Source of the DNA: Halarcobacter sp.
GTDB lineage: Bacteria > Campylobacterota > Campylobacteria > Campylobacterales > Arcobacteraceae
NCBI GenBank assembly: GCA_048571215.1
Contig: CP182352.1
Coordinates: 2,272,001-2,336,000, forward strand
DNA length: 64,000 nt
Direction: 5' to 3'
In this document: positions 45,977-55,192 of the stretch, one piece after another
How the letters are laid out: each line of letters begins with the position of its first letter
How positions within the stretch are numbered: position 1 is the stretch's first letter
The notes under the pieces: generated by a model
Told to the model about the DNA's origin: nothing
Databases searched by the model: none
The model's input: the letters and a program-made list of their open reading frames with translations, nothing else
Made by a program: the position numbers and the translations under genes

Positions 45977-47164
45977 ATGAATATACCTAAGTGGCCAAGA
46001 ACAGATAAAATGGGGGAAAAGTATATTTTAGATGTCTTAGCTTCTAATCAATGGGGAGCAACGGGAATAAGATGGAGAAAAAAATCATATGAAACAAAGT
46101 TCACCAATAAATTTGCAAGTTATAATAATAGTCCATATTGCCTAACTACGTTAAATGGATCTACAGCTATAGAGTTAGCTCTTTTAGCTTTAGGCATAAG
46201 AAAAGGAGATAAGGTTTTAGTCACTGCACTTACTTGGGTATCTTGTGCTACTGCTATATTATCAGTAGGTGCCATTCCTATATTTATTGATATAGATAAG
46301 TCAAATTTATGTATGGATATTGCTAAAACTAAATATGCATTAAAAAAATATAAAAAGTGTAAAGCAATTTTATTGGTTCATGCTTATTGTAGTATTGCTC
46401 CAATTGAAGAATTTATAAAACTTACAAAAAAATATAAAGTACATTTAATAGAAGATTGTTCCCAAAGTCATGGTGCTAAATATAAGAACCAATTGTGCGG
46501 TTCATTTGGAGTATGTGGTATATTTAGTATGCAAAGTTCAAAAGTATTATCAAGTGGTGAAGGAGGTGCAATAATATTTCAAAAACAAAAATATTATACT
46601 AAAGCTCAAAAACTTAGACTTGATGGAAGAGTTCCTTCAAATTTTCCTATCGGACAAACCCTTGTTAAAACTTATAATCCTATAAGTGGTAGAAATAGAA
46701 CTATTACAGAGTTTCAACATGCATTACTACTTAGAGGGTTAGAGTTATTAGATAGTGAAAACAGTATAAGAACAAAAAATGCTTCATATTTAGGAGATAT
46801 TTTATCACAATATAATATTTCATATTTTTTTCAAAAGAGTAAAAAAGTACTTCCATCATTTTATAGATTTATATATTTTTTTGATAAAGAAAAAATGTAT
46901 GGAAATGATATTGATGAACATATTGAATATTTAGTAAAAAATGGTATACCAGCAGAAAGAGTTCATATACCTATACCTTTAAATCGTGCTATTCCAAAAA
47001 ATTTACAAAAAAATAAAAAATTTGTAAAAGATAATTTTCCTATTTCATTAGAAATTTATAATAGTTGTGTGACATTAGCTCATCAATGTTTACTCATGGA
47101 TGGAGTTAATATAACTGAACTATCAAAATACATAATAGAAGATAAAGTAGATAATTTTGAATAG
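45977..47164 (+). CDS. DegT/DnrJ/StrS aminotransferase, BtrR/StsC (inosose aminotransferase)-like
   Basis: N-terminal WP...VL.SNQW..G, GSTA, LTW, IEDCSQSHG, FSMQSSKVL..GEGG, LR.D.R. These match my recollection of the BtrR subfamily. Confidence 0.85.
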   Translation: MNIPKWPRTDKMGEKYILDVLASNQWGATGIRWRKKSYETKFTNKFASYNNSPYCLTTLNGSTAIELALLALGIRKGDKVLVTALTWVSCATAILSVGAIPIFIDIDKSNLCMDIAKTKYALKKYKKCKAILLVHAYCSIAPIEEFIKLTKKYKVHLIEDCSQSHGAKYKNQLCGSFGVCGIFSMQSSKVLSSGEGGAIIFQKQKYYTKAQKLRLDGRVPSNFPIGQTLVKTYNPISGRNRTITEFQHALLLRGLELLDSENSIRTKNASYLGDILSQYNISYFFQKSKKVLPSFYRFIYFFDKEKMYGNDIDEHIEYLVKNGIPAERVHIPIPLNRAIPKNLQKNKKFVKDNFPISLEIYNSCVTLAHQCLLMDGVNITELSKYIIEDKVDNFE

Positions 47165-47873
47165 AAATATAAATCTATCATGTATTGAAATAGAGATTAA
47201 TACAAAATGTAATTTTAAATGTTCTTATTGTCCCTCATCATTTAACAATGTAAAAAATTCATATATGTCTTTTGAAAAATATAAGATTATAATTGATAAG
47301 TTAAAACAAGTTGACTTTAATGGTAGATTATCATTTCATTTTTACAATGAACCTACTTTGCACCCTGATCTTGAAAAATTTATAAAATTTTCCTCAAAAG
47401 AACTTCCTAAAGCATTATTGAGACTATATACAAATGGATCAAGATTAAACGATAAGCTTTATTGTAGATTATCAAATGCTGGTGTGGATCAATTCTATGT
47501 AACACTTCATAAACAAACCCCTAATCTACCTACAAGACCAAAGCAGGTAGTAAGAGAATTGAGTAACATAGATATTACAAATAGAGGAGGTTCATTGCAT
47601 AGTATTAATAATCATTTAGAGATACCTTGTATGCTTCCTCAAGAGTTCTTATTATTTGATATAAATGGAAATGCACTAATGTGTTTTGAAGACTATTATA
47701 AAACTGAAATATTTGGAAATATTTTTATAGATTCTTTAGAAAAAATTTACTTCAATACTAGATTAGAAATATTTCGTAAACATCTATCTCTAGGAGATAG
47801 AACAATTTGTAATATTTGTAAAAAATGTGATAGCAAAGCTTATCAAAAACTAGGTCAGGTATATATAGAATGA
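47157..47873 (+). CDS. Radical SAM/SPASM-twitch enzyme, BtrN (2-deoxy-scyllo-inosamine dehydrogenase)-like
   Basis: CNFKCSYC; DFNGRLSFHFYNEP, YTNG, NRGG, CMLP, CFED and C-terminal CKKC as recalled for BtrN; similar length (238 aa). Confidence 0.85.
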   Translation: MNRNINLSCIEIEINTKCNFKCSYCPSSFNNVKNSYMSFEKYKIIIDKLKQVDFNGRLSFHFYNEPTLHPDLEKFIKFSSKELPKALLRLYTNGSRLNDKLYCRLSNAGVDQFYVTLHKQTPNLPTRPKQVVRELSNIDITNRGGSLHSINNHLEIPCMLPQEFLLFDINGNALMCFEDYYKTEIFGNIFIDSLEKIYFNTRLEIFRKHLSLGDRTICNICKKCDSKAYQKLGQVYIE

Positions 47874-48820
47874 ATACAACTTTAGAAATATGGCCAGCAA
47901 AATGGTTACAAAATATTCATTGGACATTTTGGGAAGAAACAGTTAAAAACAATTTTGGCTTAAATAGTCCATTTTTTGATATTAATTTTTTTAAAAGTAT
48001 TATATCTTATCAACCCTATAGTTATAGTATGGTATTTAAATCTAAAGGGGGTATTATTGCTATGTTACCTTTTGAAGTGGCTACAAAAAATAGAGCAAGA
48101 CTTTTATCTCCAGATATAGTAGGACTACATGGACTTATAATTCATAAAGACAATTTAAATAAAATTGATTTAAAAACTGCCATAAAAAAAGCTGGATTAA
48201 GATATTTACTCTTTGATCAAGTTCCTGGATGGCAAAGTACTTTTAATCCTTTTACAAGAATAGAAGATAATGCACCAAATCTAATACTTTCAAAAAGTAT
48301 TGAACGCACTAAAGTAAGTTGGAAAAACTCTGGGCAAAATACATTTGTAAATATAGATTTTAAGACTAGAAAACTTGAGAAAAAAGGTAGGCTTACTTAT
48401 ATATTTGATACAGTATCTCCTTTACTTTTTAGATATTTATCTTTAAATAAACAAAATCAATTTTATAAAACAGGTGAAGAGAATCTTTTTAGTACTAAAG
48501 AGTTTCAATCTATTTTAAATTATTTAAAAATAAATAAATCAAACAATTGTAAACTGGTCCTTTCAGCTCTTTATTTAGATAATATTCCAATAGCTGCACA
48601 TTTAGGATTATCTTCTAAAAAGACTTTTTATTCTTGGTATCCTGTGATGGATAAAAAAATAGGAAATGATTCCCCTGAATTAGTGTTATTTGGATATATT
48701 ATAAATACTCTCCATAAAAAAGGTTACAAAGTTTTAGATTTTGGCACTCAACCTATGCTTTATAAAACAAGATTGAGCAACTCCTCTTATAAAATAAAAA
48801 GAGGACTTATTCGCCCTTAG
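47870..48820 (+). CDS. GNAT family acyltransferase (CelD/BcsL-like)
   Basis: SPFF, RKLEK.G, LSALYLD..PIAAHLG, SWYP, SP, LDFG, YK..L motifs. Confidence 0.8.
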   Translation: MNTTLEIWPAKWLQNIHWTFWEETVKNNFGLNSPFFDINFFKSIISYQPYSYSMVFKSKGGIIAMLPFEVATKNRARLLSPDIVGLHGLIIHKDNLNKIDLKTAIKKAGLRYLLFDQVPGWQSTFNPFTRIEDNAPNLILSKSIERTKVSWKNSGQNTFVNIDFKTRKLEKKGRLTYIFDTVSPLLFRYLSLNKQNQFYKTGEENLFSTKEFQSILNYLKINKSNNCKLVLSALYLDNIPIAAHLGLSSKKTFYSWYPVMDKKIGNDSPELVLFGYIINTLHKKGYKVLDFGTQPMLYKTRLSNSSYKIKRGLIRP

Positions 48821-51800
48821 TTACTCTAAGAATTTCTCTTGCCATTTCTTCAAAATATGTGTCAAAGTCATAAGTTTTAAATATTTTTTCGTACCAATTA
48901 AAAAATAATTCTAAGTGTTTACATGAGTCATTTAGTAAAAAGTATTTTGCTATTTCATCATGATCCCATTCTTGACCTGAAATATCTAAGTCAAGTTTAT
49001 TAGCTAATTTATCAATTTCAACATATAAATCATAATACTTTTCTTTATTTAAAACAAACTTTACTTTTTTAGGATAAATTTGAGCCATTCTAGCTAATGT
49101 CTCTTTTATCCAATATTCTGGAATTATATTTTCATCTTTTATTTTTAAAACTTCAAGTATAGCTTTAAGAGATGCATCTGGAAATATACGAATCATCTTT
49201 CTTATGGATAAAAAGTTTAGTTTTGTATATTTTACATCTATTGCTTTTGGGACTTTTTTTAATTCTTTTGCTTCCATAACATTTTTAATTCCTTTTGAAA
49301 ATATTGGTATTTCATTATCATAATTATACAAAAGTCCCTCTATCATAGCAACTTGATTCATGGGATTATATGTTTCATTAAGCGGATTTTCACATGATAA
49401 TGTTAAGAAAAAATTCTCTGGCTGAGTTTCTTCAAAATAATACATCCATTCTTCCATTTCATTTAATATTTTTTGACAACCATCTCTATCATTTTTATCA
49501 AGTTTAAATATGGCTATTCTTTGTGCTAAGCATAATGCAGCATCTATTGAAAAGTAAAAATTTGACTTAATAAAATGTCTTAATATCCCCATACCCACTT
49601 CAGAATCAAAATACGCAGATTTTAATATACAATATCTAGCTAATATGTGTTCTATTCTATATGAATATAAAGTTGGATTACTTTTTGTCATGTCCGCTGG
49701 TTCTTTAACATCTGAACAAAAGAACCTCAATATTTCAATTTCACTATTATTAAGTTCATCTTTATTACAAACTTTTTTATACATATTTCGTAGTTGTTTT
49801 GCATAATTCTCAACATCATCACTCATTTTCCATAGATATTCTAAATGGTTATGATTTGCATCTAATGAAAAGAAATTATCAGCATAGTTTTTAATAGACA
49901 ATATAAAACTATTTATTAAATTATTTTCAAAATTAATTTTATTGGTTGAACTATTTATAACTCTATTTAGTGTATAAAGTATATTTTTTCCTATATCTCC
50001 ATCTAATTTAATACTTTTATCAAAATAAATTGATAATACAAAAATCAAACCTACCAATTGTTCTGATGTTATCGATGAGTTTTTTGCAAAATAACTTTCA
50101 AATTTAGAAAGCAGTTTTCCTCTTCTACTTGGAGTTAAAAAGTTTAAATAGATACCATATCTTGACTTTTCATACCATTTTTTATTTCCGCTTAATATAG
50201 TTTCAATTAAAAAACTTACAGCATGTAAATTATCTGAACAATACTCAACTATAAATTCTAAGAACTGTTCTTTGTCGTTAAAAGCTTCTTCAATAAAATC
50301 AAAGCCTTCACCACCATTTTCAACTAGAATTTCTTGCAAAGTATCTTTTATTAGAAGTTTTACATCATTATTTTCAATATTTAAAAGCTCTCTTAGTCTT
50401 GATATATCTGTAAGTAATGAACTTCTATTTGGTGAGTCAATGTAATTACAGCTAATATTCACTAGTGCAGATTTTAAACCTTGTATTAAATGAAACTCTC
50501 CTTTTGACTCATTTAAAATATTAACGATTTTAGAAGTGTCAAACCCCTCATCTAATTCATAAAGTTCTATAATAGATAAACCCAAAATATACTCAAAAAA
50601 TCTATCATATGTAAAACTATATCTATCATTATGAGAGCTGGTTTTATTGATTATTCTTTCATCATACAAAATATCATAAAAAGTTTTTTCTTGATCTTTT
50701 TGAGGAAATAATGATACTAAACTTTCATCAAAAGAAAATTGTTTTTTAGAAGTATTATACCCCATTGTTTGTTTTAAAAATCTACTACCTAATGATTTTA
50801 ATATTCTTTCAAACATAAACTTCTTTGGTAGTTTTTCTAAATACATTTTAAAAATAGAAAAAGCAGGTGCATATTTTGGAATTGTATCATTATTATACGC
50901 TCTTGCCATAAGATTCATTAATAGTGGATCAGATAAATGTTCTTTAAAATGCTCATCAAGACTTTCCCACTCACCTAATAAATTATAGGCTCTTTTATAT
51001 GATTTAAAAGCTAAAGGAGCCTCTTCTTTATTATATTTTTCTATTTTAAAAATTTTACTATGATGATAAAACTTAGTTATATTAGATGAATTATGCTCCA
51101 TTTGATTCCAATATATCTCTCTGCATGAAAATAGAATTTTTATTCTATCTCTTAAAACACCATCTAAAGCTAGATTTTCTATCTCTTTTTTTAGATTGCT
51201 AGGTGTAATTGTAGTAAATTCATTTATTGCATCAATTTGTATTAAAAGATTTAAATTATTTAGCTCTAAATAAGCATTTAGTGCAGAAAACCAAGTATCT
51301 TTTAAGTAAGGTTTAAATGTAAATTTTTTACTTAAGTATTCTAATAAAGAATTGTTATTATCAAAACTCTCTGGCTCTATTGTTAACGTTAAAAAAGAAC
51401 TACATTCATATCTTTTCATTGTATTATAATATATATATGTAGATTTACCCATCCCAGCTTCACCAACTAATGCAAAAATTTTAGAGTCATTTTTTAAAAA
51501 ATCATTATAGGAGTTGTTTACAGATATTCTTTCTATCAAAGTATCCATACCACCATCTGGAATTTTAGATTCTAAATTTGATAAAGCAGAATTATTAATA
51601 TTTTTTAACTTTTGTAATAAGTTTTCTTCTTCGGCATATAATCTAAATTCTTGATGGTTACTTATATACTTTAAATATTTCTCTTTAATAGGGTTATTAT
51701 TGTTAATATGGGAAAAAGTTTCTTTCATAAATTCTGAAAAATAGTATCCTAAGGTTATATATTCTCTATTTAGAAAATGATTTGTTCTGTTTTTTTTAGA

Positions 51801-52490
51801 CATGACATATACAGGGTTTTTAGTACTTTGATCTATAAACTCAAACAAAGGCTTATCTTGAAAAGAATAACCTATGGATAATATAGGATTTAAGAATATG
51901 TCAGTTAAAAACTCTTTAACTGATTCTTGAAAACTCATTTTTTCACTTCTAAATACAGCTTCAACATATGATAAATCACCCCATAAATGAGCAATAACTA
52001 CTTTATTGTTATTTAGTTGTTCTTTGATTTTAGCTATATTTTCAGTATGATTATCATCTCTTGTAAAAGAAATAGATTTTATGCTTTCATCATTCATACA
52101 AACAGCTTTGTGTGCATCTTCAAGAAGATCGTCATAGTTTGTAGTAAGGATAATTGTAGAATAACCATTTCTTTCCCTTACTCTTGCTAGACAAAAAGAT
52201 AAAAATTCAATATGCACTGAATTGGGGTGTCCGACTAATTTAGTTTCACATTCATTTTGAATATCTTTTTCATATTTATTTAAAAATTCATCAAATTTAT
52301 TTTCTAATTCATCTTTTGTTAAATTATGATAACCATATCGATTTAGGATATCTTCTTTAATTTCAGTATATGATGGTATTTTCTCACCATTTTCTTTTAT
52401 TCCTTCAGTTGATGCGCCCGCACCAACTAAAATTGTCAAAGTACCTTTATAGCTTATCAAGTTTTCAATAATTTCTTCTATATTATTCAT
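48807..52490 (-). CDS. SIR2-like domain + STAND/NACHT NTPase + long helical C-terminus (Avs-like candidate anti-phage protein)
   Basis: ILVGAGAS, LTTNYDDLLE and IGYSFQD (SIR2-like); GEAGMGKS Walker A, IQIDAINE Walker B, FSCR, PLLM, FTYDRFFEY (STAND). Confidence 0.85.
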   Translation of the reverse strand: MNNIEEIIENLISYKGTLTILVGAGASTEGIKENGEKIPSYTEIKEDILNRYGYHNLTKDELENKFDEFLNKYEKDIQNECETKLVGHPNSVHIEFLSFCLARVRERNGYSTIILTTNYDDLLEDAHKAVCMNDESIKSISFTRDDNHTENIAKIKEQLNNNKVVIAHLWGDLSYVEAVFRSEKMSFQESVKEFLTDIFLNPILSIGYSFQDKPLFEFIDQSTKNPVYVMSKKNRTNHFLNREYITLGYYFSEFMKETFSHINNNNPIKEKYLKYISNHQEFRLYAEEENLLQKLKNINNSALSNLESKIPDGGMDTLIERISVNNSYNDFLKNDSKIFALVGEAGMGKSTYIYYNTMKRYECSSFLTLTIEPESFDNNNSLLEYLSKKFTFKPYLKDTWFSALNAYLELNNLNLLIQIDAINEFTTITPSNLKKEIENLALDGVLRDRIKILFSCREIYWNQMEHNSSNITKFYHHSKIFKIEKYNKEEAPLAFKSYKRAYNLLGEWESLDEHFKEHLSDPLLMNLMARAYNNDTIPKYAPAFSIFKMYLEKLPKKFMFERILKSLGSRFLKQTMGYNTSKKQFSFDESLVSLFPQKDQEKTFYDILYDERIINKTSSHNDRYSFTYDRFFEYILGLSIIELYELDEGFDTSKIVNILNESKGEFHLIQGLKSALVNISCNYIDSPNRSSLLTDISRLRELLNIENNDVKLLIKDTLQEILVENGGEGFDFIEEAFNDKEQFLEFIVEYCSDNLHAVSFLIETILSGNKKWYEKSRYGIYLNFLTPSRRGKLLSKFESYFAKNSSITSEQLVGLIFVLSIYFDKSIKLDGDIGKNILYTLNRVINSSTNKINFENNLINSFILSIKNYADNFFSLDANHNHLEYLWKMSDDVENYAKQLRNMYKKVCNKDELNNSEIEILRFFCSDVKEPADMTKSNPTLYSYRIEHILARYCILKSAYFDSEVGMGILRHFIKSNFYFSIDAALCLAQRIAIFKLDKNDRDGCQKILNEMEEWMYYFEETQPENFFLTLSCENPLNETYNPMNQVAMIEGLLYNYDNEIPIFSKGIKNVMEAKELKKVPKAIDVKYTKLNFLSIRKMIRIFPDASLKAILEVLKIKDENIIPEYWIKETLARMAQIYPKKVKFVLNKEKYYDLYVEIDKLANKLDLDISGQEWDHDEIAKYFLLNDSCKHLELFFNWYEKIFKTYDFDTYFEEMAREILRVTKGE

Positions 52491-52507
52491 AATATCCTAT
52501 TATCCTT
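52481..52507 (-). repeat. Right copy of the perfect 27-bp inverted repeat
   Basis: TATTATTCATAATATCCTATTATCCTT is the reverse complement of 42781-42807; contains the RBS and ATG of the SIR2-STAND gene. Confidence 0.97.
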
Positions 52508-52517
52508 TATTTAATAT

Positions 52518-52536
52518 ATTATAAAATAATCTTAAT
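52518..52536 (-). promoter_or_regulatory. Probable sigma70 promoter reading into the right inverted repeat
   Basis: Minus strand reads ttaagattatttTATAATatattaaata-AAGGATAATAGG...; TATAAT at 52523-52518, 10 bp outside the repeat. Confidence 0.6.
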
Positions 52537-52565
52537 TAATATAATAAATAATTCTATCATATTTA

Positions 52566-52585
52566 CGTCACAAATTCGTCACATT
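52566..52585. promoter_or_regulatory. CGTCACA-N4-CGTCACA direct-repeat box (right copy)
   Basis: cgtcaca-aatt-cgtcaca-tt, same orientation and 11-bp period as the 41673 copy. Confidence 0.6.
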
Positions 52586-52750
52586 AATATTATAAAAAAG
52601 ATTATTTTTAAAATTTATATTGATTTGTTTATATATAATAGTTATAAAATTTACCAATGGAGATTTTTAAAAGAATAAAATTTATGATTGTACATACATA
52701 AAAGTATGCAAATAAATTTTATTTTTTAATATAGAGATTGTATAAGAATA

Positions 52751-54793
52751 CTAATCTTCCTCTTTTTTTACAAGTCCTGCTTCTTTTAAAAAGGGGCTAT
52801 TTACAAAGTCCATTTTTTTTATCTTATCGTATTTGGCGTAGCTTAGATATAAAACATCTTTTGCTCTGGTTACTGCTACATAAAAGAGTCTTCGCTCCTC
52901 TTCTAGACTTCCACCTTTGCTCATTAGTTTTCTATTTGGAAATCTTCCATCCATAAGGTCGATTACAAAAACCTCTTTAAACTCTAAACCTTTACTAGCA
53001 TGAACAGATAGAAGGTTTACCCCCTCACCTTCACTCATCTCTCCACCACCTAGAATCATTGAGTTTACGAACTTTGAAAGGTCTGAGAAATTTCTTGCTA
53101 AATTTTTTAGAAGCATCACTTTTCTATTTATTTTTGCTAAACCTTTTGCTTTTTGGGTTGGATGTATTGTTCCATCTTTTTGAGTTGCTCTTTTTGTTGC
53201 TAAAAAATCTTTTATTTTTGAATACATCATAGATGAAGTTATTGAAGTAACTAAACTTTCTGGATTCTTTGTTCTTCTTAGTTGTTTTATAAGTAGATAA
53301 AAATCATAAATATATTTTGCTCCATCAACACCCAGTTTTGGATGTTTTAATATTGGATTTCCTAAAAATGCTTCCTCAAAACCACAATCTTTAAACTTAG
53401 AAACTGAACCTAACTCTAAAAAATCATCAAAAAGTCCAAGCTGAATATTTTTCACTTTATTGGTTTCAAAAGGATTGTTTATAGCTTCATCAGGGTGAAA
53501 TAAACCTTTAAACATATCTCCACCACCTAATTTTATCAAAGCATCAAAGATATCCTTTGCAATTGACTTTCCTATCCCTTTACCATGCTCTAATACATGG
53601 ATAAATGCCATCATATCATTATGACTTAATTGCATAACCAAAACATCTATTACAAACTTTACCTCAACAGAATCAAAAAATGACATTCCACCTCTTCTTT
53701 TAGCTGGAATCCCATACTCTCTTAGGTTTGATTCTATTCCATCTGCACTTGAATTATTTCTAAAGATTATTGCTATCTCTTCATGGGGTGTAGAACTTTT
53801 TGAGATAAGGTCTGAGATATAATGGTATTGGGAAAAAAGTTCATTAAACTCCAATAACTTGGGTTTTATATCAATATCAGTTCTCATAACTTGCAAATCT
53901 TTTTCATAGACTCTTTCGTTATGTTCAATAACTCTTGTAGCTAGATCAAGTATTGGTTTACTTGAACGATAGTTTTTTCTAAGTGTATAAACAGTTGCAT
54001 CTTTATATCTAGTTGAAAATGTTGAGATAATCCCTATATCTGAACCATTAAAAGCATAAATACTTTGATCATAATCCCCTACACAAAAAAGGGATTTTGG
54101 CTTAAACCCATCTAATAGTCTACCTTGCAATGGATTAGTATCTTGGTATTCATCAACAAGAATCTCTTTAAAAGGAAATTCATTTTCTTTCAAAGTCTCT
54201 AGCATAATTGTTAATAAATCATCAAAATTAGCATATCCATATTTTATTTTTAACTCATTGAACTCTATAACCACATCTTCATAAATAGCCGTATATAGTT
54301 CATGATCTGAATTTTTATTTATTATCCATGTGGCAAAATCCTCGCCCTCGTTTGAGTTTAGGTATAAAGAGTACATATCATATAAATACCCTCCATCATA
54401 AGGATTTGCGTCATCACTTCTATCGTAAAAAACTCTTTTTTCATAAAGTGATTTAAAAAGTGTTTTTAATTCACTTGGTTGTTTTAGTGTTATATTTACA
54501 TTTAACTGTTTTAATAGTTTATATGAAACAGAGTGAAAGGTTCCTGCCATTATTTTTTGGGCAATCTCTTTTCCAAAAAATTTAGCAACTCTTATTACCA
54601 TCTCTGCTGCTGCTTTATTTGTAAAAGTTAAGAGAAGTATCTCTTCAGGTTTAACACCTTTATTTATCAAATTTGCTATTCTTCCAACAATTGTAGAGGT
54701 TTTTCCTGTACCTGCACTAGCAATAATTAGGTTGTAGCCTTCATTACATGTTGCTGCACTTAGTTGTTCTTGATTTAGATTTGATAATGGCAT
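52751..54793 (-). CDS. ATP-dependent DNA helicase, UvrD/Rep family
   Basis: ASAGTGKT, LTFTNKAA, GTFH, VDEYQD, VGDYDQSIY, NYRS, SVHASKGLEF, EERRLFYVAVTRA. Confidence 0.96.
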   Translation of the reverse strand: MPLSNLNQEQLSAATCNEGYNLIIASAGTGKTSTIVGRIANLINKGVKPEEILLLTFTNKAAAEMVIRVAKFFGKEIAQKIMAGTFHSVSYKLLKQLNVNITLKQPSELKTLFKSLYEKRVFYDRSDDANPYDGGYLYDMYSLYLNSNEGEDFATWIINKNSDHELYTAIYEDVVIEFNELKIKYGYANFDDLLTIMLETLKENEFPFKEILVDEYQDTNPLQGRLLDGFKPKSLFCVGDYDQSIYAFNGSDIGIISTFSTRYKDATVYTLRKNYRSSKPILDLATRVIEHNERVYEKDLQVMRTDIDIKPKLLEFNELFSQYHYISDLISKSSTPHEEIAIIFRNNSSADGIESNLREYGIPAKRRGGMSFFDSVEVKFVIDVLVMQLSHNDMMAFIHVLEHGKGIGKSIAKDIFDALIKLGGGDMFKGLFHPDEAINNPFETNKVKNIQLGLFDDFLELGSVSKFKDCGFEEAFLGNPILKHPKLGVDGAKYIYDFYLLIKQLRRTKNPESLVTSITSSMMYSKIKDFLATKRATQKDGTIHPTQKAKGLAKINRKVMLLKNLARNFSDLSKFVNSMILGGGEMSEGEGVNLLSVHASKGLEFKEVFVIDLMDGRFPNRKLMSKGGSLEEERRLFYVAVTRAKDVLYLSYAKYDKIKKMDFVNSPFLKEAGLVKKEED

Positions 54794-54882
54794 TAGTTAG
54801 TAAGTATTTTATATAGTTTTTTCATTTGCGAATATTATCATAAAGATTCTACGTTAATTATAAAAGTTCAAAAAATATAGCT

Positions 54883-55000
54883 AAAAAAAAAGCTCCTTAG
54901 GAGAGGAGCTTTTTTACACACAAGGAAACAAATTTCTGGAGAATTTAAAAAATTCGCAATTTTAAATTATTTAAGAAGATTCGCGTTTCTTCTTATCCAT
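54883..55000 (-). ncRNA. Candidate small RNA, copy 1 (~118 nt)
   Basis: On minus strand: TATAAT (55012-55007), start near 55000, ends in a GCTCCT-ctccta-AGGAGC-U9 intrinsic terminator; no substantial ORF; duplicated. Confidence 0.65.
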
Positions 55001-55075
55001 AAGAAAATTATAATAGATGGGGATTAACTAAAGCATAATAAAAAGTTAATGGTTAGTTAATTGAGATTTTTAGGC

Positions 55076-55192
55076 AAAAAAAAAGCTCCTTAGGAGAGGA
55101 GCTTTTTTACACACAAGGAAATAAATTTCTGGAAAATTTAAAAAATTCGCAATTTAAATTATTTAAGAAGATTCGCGTTTCTTCTTATCCAT
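55076..55192 (-). ncRNA. Candidate small RNA, copy 2 (~117 nt)
   Basis: Near-identical to copy 1, including promoter and terminator. Confidence 0.65.

Larger units (their letters stand above)
41690..52585. mobile_element. Putative recombinase-associated genomic island / invertible defence locus
   Basis: Tyrosine recombinase, non-core cargo (TIR, SIR2-STAND, aminocyclitol enzymes), flanking direct-repeat boxes and an internal 27-bp inverted repeat; lies between core genes. Confidence 0.6.

Noticed and set aside
41810..52490. Classical integron or prophage
   Set aside because: I see no IntI-specific insertion in the recombinase, no attC-like palindromes between cargo genes (they overlap or abut), and no phage structural genes.
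45223..52490. Canonical Thoeris (ThsA SIR2 + ThsB TIR) system
   Set aside because: The SIR2 is fused to a STAND NTPase rather than SLOG/Macro, the TIR is of the CAP12/Pycsar type, and the two genes are in opposite units.
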